From Planctomycetota bacterium (GTDB taxonomy: Bacteria; Planctomycetota; UBA1135): a stretch of DNA of 64,000 nucleotides. The notes under the pieces were generated by a model, which was not told the origin of the DNA, ran no database searches, and was given only the letters and a program-made list of their open reading frames with translations. Positions 57,827 through 64,000 of the stretch are shown piece by piece. Where the stretch lies: the NCBI GenBank assembly GCA_045047305.1, contig JASFYO010000010.1:1-64000 (forward strand), written 5' to 3'. How positions within the stretch are numbered: the first letter of the stretch is position 1; the number at the start of each line of letters is the position of its first letter. The position numbers and the translations under genes are program-made.

Positions 57827-60595
57827 ATGACCCTGACCGCAAACGCCGTGAAACTGCCATTCGGCCTCAGCCTCTCGCAGATCGATGCCCTCAACCTGAT
57901 TGCCGACCGCGCCCTTGCGCAAATGGCACATATGATTTGGGAGGCGAATCATCGCCCAGATCATCTGGCAACGGACCCGAAGGTTGGAGGACATCCCGCA
58001 GCCTGCGCTAGCAGTCTGCACCTGGCCACGGCAATGCATATGGTGGCGCGTGCACCGCAAGACTTCTGGTGCGCCAAGCCTCACCTGGCGCCACTAGATC
58101 ATGCGCTGCACTATCAAATGGGCTTCTTTCGCAATGCCGACGGTAGCTGGATGGACGAAGAAACCATGGAAGGTGCCATGCATCGCCTGCGTAAGTTTTC
58201 GCAGCATGGCGAACCGGTATTTCAGTCTTACCATGCTGCCAGCGACCCTGATGCCTGGCGCATCCTGCCCAGTGGCACCGTCGGCATTCCACCGGTCAAC
58301 TCTGGATATCTAGCCTTGGCATGGGATTACTTAGTCGATCACGGCGTCGAAGAAAAACGGGATATCCATTTTTGGTCTTTACTTGGCGACTCCGAATTCC
58401 GCGAAGGCTCGTTGATGGAAGCGATTACTGATTTTGCCGAACGCGAGCTCAACAACGTGACTTGGATTCTGGATTACAACCGCCAAAGCTTGGACGGCAC
58501 CCGGATCACCAACAATCAAGTCTTCGATGGCACCGATGCAGACCGTATTCGTCGCACCATGCAAGCCAACGGCTGGGAAGTCCTGGAACTCGCCCACGGA
58601 CGCCTGCGTCAGTCCGCATTTACAGGCCCGGGTGGCAAAGCTCTGCGCGCCGTGTTTGAGAAGGGATTAACCGATTACGAACTGCAAGGCCTTTTGTGGA
58701 AGCGCGATGCCGACTTGATTCGCGAGTCCATCAAACGCATCGATGCTAAAGCGGTCAAAGCGATTGCAGACCTAAGCGATGAGGATTTACTCGCTTTGTT
58801 CGCCGACCTCGGCGGGCACGACATGGTTTTAATCCTGGAAGCTTATGCTGCGGCACGTCAGTCGAAAAAACCGACCATGGTGTTGGCACATACTATCAAA
58901 GGATTAGGCTTGGATAGTTATGCTCAACCTGGCAACCACTCCTCGGTTCCCAACGAGGCGGAAGTTGGGCGCATGATGCAAGCTCAAGGCACCGACATGG
59001 AGCACCCATACGCGCGCCTCGGCCAATGGGATACGGATTCCGAAGTGGTCAAGATGCTGCAAGCGCGTGGAGATTTAATGCGCGCTGCTGTCGCCACGGA
59101 AGAGGCGCGCATGCAGGCCAATCGTGAGCAAGTGGAGGCTCGACTGCAAGCTGCAGGCCCCCTCCCCACCGACTTTGGAGTCAACCTGTCGATGATGCCG
59201 ATTGTGCATACCCAATGGATGTGGGGACAAGTTGCAGGCAAATTGGTGCGCATTGGCACCCGCGATGAGCTCGAAGCGGCAGGGCAGGATGTAGGCAAAG
59301 AGCTAAATGACAACGAGAAAGCTTGGCAAGCGGCAGCCGATTTAATGCTGACCATGTCCCCGGACGTCGGCACCAGCACCAACATCAATCCCGCTATGGA
59401 TGGAAAGATTTATGGTGTCGTCGAAGATCGCGATTGGGAAGCCGAGTTGGAATGGAATGAGCGTGGACGTCCGCATTTACACTCCAGCCACAATCCTTGG
59501 ACCCGGCACATCCGTTTTGAAATCGCCGAAGCCGCCAGCATGAGTGCGGCTGGGTCCTTTGGCAAAGCTGGAGCCTATTTCGGCGTGCCACTGATGCCGA
59601 TGATGACGGTCTATGACTTCTTCATCAAACGCGCACTCGACCAACTGTATTACAACGTTTACTGGCGCAGTTCCTTCTTGCTCATCGGCACTCCTTCTGG
59701 GGTTGCACTTTCTCCAGAAGGCGCACAGCATTCTTGGAAAAGCGATATCCAGATGCCAAGCATGGTCACTTGGGAGCCATTCTTTGCCAAAGAAATGGAG
59801 TGGATTCTGGCCGACGCCATGGCCCGACATTGCTCCAGTAATAACCTCGACCGCGAGGGCGTGGTGGTGCGTGCGGTCACCATGGGTGTGAAGCAGAAGG
59901 AAATGATGAAGCACCTGCAAGCGCAAGAGCAACATCAAGGGCGTAACAAGGATGCCATCCTGGAAGCTGTGCGCCAAGATGTACTCGCCGGCGGTTACTG
60001 GCTTATCCAGCGCTCCGGAGAGGAGGACTACCAGCCAGGTGATAACGTAGTCACCATCCTTGCTATCGGTGCCATGGGAGTGGAGGCCATGGCTGCTAGT
60101 GAGCTACTTCGCGAGCGTGGCATTTGCGCCGACGTGCTCATCTGCACCTCCCCCGAACTCTTGCTCGGACGTTTCGCAGAACGCGACTCCTTCGCGCAAC
60201 TCAACAAGCTTGGCGTCAATGGCGCAGTACACCTAGTAGGTACTGCCGGGGAAGTCCTCGACGCGGCCGACGTCTTGTTACTCGCAGCACGAAGCATCCC
60301 CATCGTATCGGTGGTCGACGGCGAGCCTGGCATATTGGATAACGCGGGCTCCATTGTGGGCGTAAAGCAGGTATCCCTTGGAGTGAAAAGATTCTCCAAG
60401 TCCGGGCGTCCGCAAGAAGTTTTTGCCTACCACAACATGCACGCCGATGCGATTGTCGAAGCTGCAGGCCAAGCCTTGTCCGAGGCCACTTTGCGCGAAG
60501 TCAAGCTCTCCAAGCAAGCCGCACAACAGCTTGCTGCTCAGGGTAAGGTTACGCAACCGACTTCCGATTGGCGCACGCTCTGGCCGAAGACTTAA
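57827..60595 (+). CDS. aceE: Pyruvate dehydrogenase E1, homodimeric AceE type
   Basis: KVGGH, TPP motif GDSE..EG...NRQSLDG, AHTIKG, SPEGAQH. The 2-oxoacid substrate is not proven. Confidence 0.8.
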   Translation: MTLTANAVKLPFGLSLSQIDALNLIADRALAQMAHMIWEANHRPDHLATDPKVGGHPAACASSLHLATAMHMVARAPQDFWCAKPHLAPLDHALHYQMGFFRNADGSWMDEETMEGAMHRLRKFSQHGEPVFQSYHAASDPDAWRILPSGTVGIPPVNSGYLALAWDYLVDHGVEEKRDIHFWSLLGDSEFREGSLMEAITDFAERELNNVTWILDYNRQSLDGTRITNNQVFDGTDADRIRRTMQANGWEVLELAHGRLRQSAFTGPGGKALRAVFEKGLTDYELQGLLWKRDADLIRESIKRIDAKAVKAIADLSDEDLLALFADLGGHDMVLILEAYAAARQSKKPTMVLAHTIKGLGLDSYAQPGNHSSVPNEAEVGRMMQAQGTDMEHPYARLGQWDTDSEVVKMLQARGDLMRAAVATEEARMQANREQVEARLQAAGPLPTDFGVNLSMMPIVHTQWMWGQVAGKLVRIGTRDELEAAGQDVGKELNDNEKAWQAAADLMLTMSPDVGTSTNINPAMDGKIYGVVEDRDWEAELEWNERGRPHLHSSHNPWTRHIRFEIAEAASMSAAGSFGKAGAYFGVPLMPMMTVYDFFIKRALDQLYYNVYWRSSFLLIGTPSGVALSPEGAQHSWKSDIQMPSMVTWEPFFAKEMEWILADAMARHCSSNNLDREGVVVRAVTMGVKQKEMMKHLQAQEQHQGRNKDAILEAVRQDVLAGGYWLIQRSGEEDYQPGDNVVTILAIGAMGVEAMAASELLRERGICADVLICTSPELLLGRFAERDSFAQLNKLGVNGAVHLVGTAGEVLDAADVLLLAARSIPIVSVVDGEPGILDNAGSIVGVKQVSLGVKRFSKSGRPQEVFAYHNMHADAIVEAAGQALSEATLREVKLSKQAAQQLAAQGKVTQPTSDWRTLWPKT

Positions 60596-60617
60596 ACCCG
60601 CACTGCTGTGGAAGCCG

Positions 60618-61220
60618 TTAGTTCTTGCGAAAGAACACGGAGGCAACCACGCTGAGCGTAAAAACGGTCACCACAATCCACGCCCATGAGGCCATGTCGC
60701 CCTGAACGTTTTCCAGAATTGGATTAGCGACTGAAGCCAGTTCACCGTTGGGAATCATCTGATCTCCTTCGCCAGACGCATTAGAAACCAAGTTCACTAA
60801 AGTGAGGGAACTGATGGTTATGCGCACCCCGATGAGGGCCCAAACCACGGAACGGATGCCGTTGCCAGCGAATCCCGCACGCACCCAACCAAAACATGTG
60901 ATGAGACTGCCAAAGACTACGGCAATACCGAGAAGAACCATGCTCATCAGTTCCCGCGCCCACTCAGCAAGCAGGGTCTTGCTTGGCTCCACGGCACCAT
61001 GCAGAAGCTGTAAATCACCCCACAAAGTCCAACCCAACCACAGCATGAATACGGTGACCAAGGTCAAGGCGACACTCTGCGCACGCATCAGTTTTTCTTT
61101 GCCAGAAGGTGCAGCAAACAAACTCAACCCGACCAAGGCTCCGGTAAGGAAAAAGAAAATGACCGCAACTAAACCGGCGAGGAAGAACAGGCTAAAAAAC
61201 GTCGAATCCATGATGTTCAA
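60618..61220 (-). CDS. Hypothetical multi-pass membrane protein
   Basis: About five hydrophobic segments; overlaps the stop of the DUF4340 gene. Confidence 0.7.
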   Translation of the reverse strand: MNIMDSTFFSLFFLAGLVAVIFFFLTGALVGLSLFAAPSGKEKLMRAQSVALTLVTVFMLWLGWTLWGDLQLLHGAVEPSKTLLAEWARELMSMVLLGIAVVFGSLITCFGWVRAGFAGNGIRSVVWALIGVRITISSLTLVNLVSNASGEGDQMIPNGELASVANPILENVQGDMASWAWIVVTVFTLSVVASVFFRKN

Positions 61221-62242
61221 TCATCTTGGAGCATGCGCTCCACAGGCTGCCGAAGTTGGCTCACCTCAAAATCAGAAAGGGTGAAGATATAGGGCAAATC
61301 CTTCACCCGCAAGAAACGTTGACCATTTTTGGTCGGGTTACCCAGCTCGAAGCGAAACACGTCGCCTTCAATGCCTACTGCAAACTGATCTTTGGGAAAA
61401 CCAAAGCGAGCTTCATCGGTGCCATCTTGACTTGCAACACCAATGATGTCGGCAAACTTTAACCCCACGATGGAGGTGGCCATGGAATCCCCAGCATAGC
61501 CTAAAGCGGGCTGCTCCGACGGTTCGGTCATGAACCATGCGCTGCTTGCACCGACCTCGCCGCCAGCCTCTGCTGCTCGGCGCTCCACACGCCAGCTCTC
61601 GCCAGTCTGAAAGTCCTTGCGTTCGATCCAGCTCACGCGATCCATGCCGATGCCTTTCAGTGGCTGCACTTCACACCAGCCCACGGGGTCAACAGCAGGG
61701 AGTATGGCGTCGCCACTGAGATATACGCGGTCACTACGAGCATCGCGCATATAAAACTCAAGCACTGCACGATCACCTCCCTGAATGTCTTGCTGACGCA
61801 TGGAACCTGCGATCCAATCGACCAAGAGGCGGTTATCATCTGAGTAAATCTGAACCCGGCGGCCCTGGCCCTCCGCCACTCCATACACACCATGTTTCTC
61901 GGGGTTCACCGACACTACATCGGATGTTTGGATGCTCGCCAAGTTATCCAGCATTTGCGTAAAACGGGCATAGTCCAGCGGGAAGTTCTTTTCCTCAACC
62001 ATCCATCCACGACCAATAGTGCGGTTCTCGCGGCTCACTAAACTAAGTGTGGCACGCTGCTCGCCATCCGTGATAATAATGCGTGCGATGCTATCGATTT
62101 GCTCCGGAAGCTGCGGATAAAGTGCGCCGATTTGTGCTGCGGTACGCGCATGCGCATCCCCCTGCCATGGACGAGTCAGGCCGAGGTAAAGCGACCAAGC
62201 TAGCGCCGCCGCGATGAAGAGTTTCCAATTACGCCCGCTCAT
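61217..62242 (-). CDS. DUF4340 domain protein
   Basis: N-terminal TM, two repeated W.(V/M).E...YG/FG units; position after gldG-like is typical. Confidence 0.72.
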   Translation of the reverse strand: MSGRNWKLFIAAALAWSLYLGLTRPWQGDAHARTAAQIGALYPQLPEQIDSIARIIITDGEQRATLSLVSRENRTIGRGWMVEEKNFPLDYARFTQMLDNLASIQTSDVVSVNPEKHGVYGVAEGQGRRVQIYSDDNRLLVDWIAGSMRQQDIQGGDRAVLEFYMRDARSDRVYLSGDAILPAVDPVGWCEVQPLKGIGMDRVSWIERKDFQTGESWRVERRAAEAGGEVGASSAWFMTEPSEQPALGYAGDSMATSIVGLKFADIIGVASQDGTDEARFGFPKDQFAVGIEGDVFRFELGNPTKNGQRFLRVKDLPYIFTLSDFEVSQLRQPVERMLQDD

Positions 62243-63945
62243 GAGGAGGCTCTCTCTTTTTGGAATGACATTTGAGCCTGCCTCCGGTGGTAGAAGAAAT
62301 GCAAGGCAGCGAAAATCAGAACTAAAAGTACTGGGGCTAAAACATTGATCCAGGCAATCCAGCGATGCATCGAGCGCTGATGCCGCGTGGAATCTCGGTG
62401 CAGAATCTCTAAAGCTTCAATTTCCTGGTCCCAGCCACCATGAGCAGCGACATATTCTTCCCCAAAGTCCGTCAAGGGACGTGCACGTTTGCCGCGCGAG
62501 CGTAAAGCAATTAGGGCAGAATCTTGCGCTACCCAATCCATAAGGTTGGCAGCGAAATCCGCATTACCCTGGGCCCCAGAGGCGAAGGTCGTGTTGTGAA
62601 ATAGATCGGCGTCGCCAAGGACAACCAAAACGCCTGGCGCCGGCACCAAATCAGCATGCGCAAATTCAGGAGAGAAAACCCCTTCCACGGCAATCGCAAG
62701 TGGATACGAAGTAGCGTTACCACTTGCACGTGCGCTTTTATCCATGGCCCTGATGTTGCTCAGATTCATCGCCAGATCAGTCTCTGCCGGAAGCAGCCAA
62801 GATCGCGGACTACTCCGCAAAAGCACATCGGCCTCCAAGCCAGGGGAAAGATCCGCAAATCCGATTGGGTGCGCCCACAGGGCTAGAACTACCGAAAGGT
62901 CCGCGGTCGCCACATGATCCTGCGCCAAGCTAGCGCCCTCGAGTTTCAGGCCTAGGCCATACATCTCATGCAGTGGCACTACCTTATTGCCAGTGGAAGT
63001 CTTTAGCGTTTGCACACCGGCAGGCACCATGATTCCGTTTAAGTCATAGATAAGGCGGGCATCCGTAGTGATACCGAATCCCGCCAACCAAGACTCTAAA
63101 CCGGTCTGTAATGGGTCCGAATCTAAGGTCGAGGGATCCACTACTTCAGAGTCTTGCAACACCACGACCTTGCCACCTTCAGCAAGATAGCGGTCGATGA
63201 ACTCCAGCTTGTTTTGCGCCAAATTGCGCGGCCGTGCAACCACTAATGCGACCAGGTCCTGGGGGATTTCTCCCTCGTAATCCAAGTCTAAATCACGCAC
63301 GGCATAGCGCGCGCCAATGCGACGACGGAATTGCTCAAAGATCCGCGCTGCCGGGATTTGTCGTGCCACACCTGGCATCGGGCGAGGCAGCGGCGGCTCA
63401 TCCGAAACAAATCCAATCACTGGCCGCGTAGGACGTAACAACGAAGCTAGGCGCACGGTAAACGCGAACTCAAACTCCGATGCTGTGACAAATGGGATTA
63501 CCTCACTGCGGTCTTGATAGCGCAGTTCCAAGCCCTGGTATTGCAATTGCACCCGAACCCCTGCGAGGCCCTGACCGGTCAGCTGCAATGGCTCCACCCC
63601 CACATGTTCGGCGTCGCGCATGGCTGCAAGGTCAGAGGTCGGATCTACAGTTTCCACCTCGACGTATGCGCCACCAACACTTGCGATTTCATCCAACAAA
63701 TCGGTCATTAAGAGACGTTGCGGTAGCAAGGCCTCCGCTCCCTCAATGTCGCGGTTGAAATATAGCTTGACCTGCAAGCGGTCCTCAAGCTCATGCAACA
63801 GATGGATGGTCACTGGAGCCAAGGAATACTCCCCATCTTGAGTCAGATCGATGCGTACCGGCCGAATTTGCAACAAGCCCACCACAGGCACCAGCAACAA
63901 AAGTACCAACCACAGGGAAAGCGAAGACTGGCGTGATTCTCTCAC
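62239..63945 (-). CDS. GldG-like ABC transporter auxiliary component
   Basis: RIDLTQDGEYSLAP.T..LL..L, IDRYLAEGG, LGDADL, N..FAANLMDW...LIALRSR; GTG start overlapping the upstream TGA. Confidence 0.85.
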   Translation of the reverse strand: MRESRQSSLSLWLVLLLLVPVVGLLQIRPVRIDLTQDGEYSLAPVTIHLLHELEDRLQVKLYFNRDIEGAEALLPQRLLMTDLLDEIASVGGAYVEVETVDPTSDLAAMRDAEHVGVEPLQLTGQGLAGVRVQLQYQGLELRYQDRSEVIPFVTASEFEFAFTVRLASLLRPTRPVIGFVSDEPPLPRPMPGVARQIPAARIFEQFRRRIGARYAVRDLDLDYEGEIPQDLVALVVARPRNLAQNKLEFIDRYLAEGGKVVVLQDSEVVDPSTLDSDPLQTGLESWLAGFGITTDARLIYDLNGIMVPAGVQTLKTSTGNKVVPLHEMYGLGLKLEGASLAQDHVATADLSVVLALWAHPIGFADLSPGLEADVLLRSSPRSWLLPAETDLAMNLSNIRAMDKSARASGNATSYPLAIAVEGVFSPEFAHADLVPAPGVLVVLGDADLFHNTTFASGAQGNADFAANLMDWVAQDSALIALRSRGKRARPLTDFGEEYVAAHGGWDQEIEALEILHRDSTRHQRSMHRWIAWINVLAPVLLVLIFAALHFFYHRRQAQMSFQKERASS

Positions 63946-64000
63946 CGCACACGCCTCCGCTCGAGCACCACACCATTGGCGCATAAGAAAAACACAATGA
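63942..64000 (-). CDS. 3' end of a GldF-like ABC-2 permease (truncated by the window)
   Basis: ...IVFFLCANGVVLERRRVR-stop, GTGA overlap with gldG-like. Confidence 0.55.
   Translation of the reverse strand, partial: IVFFLCANGVVLERRRVR

Noticed and set aside
61217..64000. Gliding-motility system from the GldF/GldG-like genes
   Set aside because: The GldF/GldG/DUF4340 ABC module is widespread in non-gliding bacteria; no gldK-N or sprA seen.
1..64000. Numerous 60-260 aa alternative-frame and antisense ORFs; RNA genes; mobile elements
   Set aside because: The shadow ORFs overlap well-supported genes and show no motifs. No tRNA, rRNA, integrase, transposase or phage genes were recognisable by eye.

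Overview
Gene-dense bacterial chromosomal segment, standard genetic code, roughly mid-50s % GC by eye. Gene content (GYF_2/RDD fusion, prenyltransferase-repeat protein, c554-type multiheme cytochrome, McsB, GldG/DUF4340, DUF58/BatA) suggests a Planctomycetota/PVC organism; this is inference. The housekeeping backbone is pyrC-like, mcsB, rocF, PMM, ltaE, aminotransferase, smc, nrdR, mnmE, yidC, nadD, hisS, gluQ, guaA, guaB and aceE. Three metal-uptake modules are interspersed. I saw no rRNA, tRNA, CRISPR array or mobile element. Main observations beyond the ORF track: (1) an ArsC-family selenoprotein with in-frame UGA in a UxxC motif and a SECIS-like hairpin (14323-14673); (2) a His/Cys small ORF ending in a RAPP arrest motif, followed by a strong hairpin, heading a Zn/Mn-type uptake operon; (3) a TonB receptor + exported membrane-anchored CobN-like protein + ExbB-like + DUF2149 operon resembling the Bacteroidetes hmu heme de-chelation system; (4) a double ATP-cone, apparently catalytically dead NrdD-like protein between nrdR and smc, behind an NrdR box; (5) a two-component sensor whose periplasmic domain appears to carry a copy of the repeat that builds its co-encoded, highly acidic secreted protein; (6) a glutaminyl-cyclase-like lipoprotein, with most secreted proteins in the window starting with Gln (Q-rule); (7) recurrent -10 boxes directly before start codons, suggesting leaderless mRNAs.
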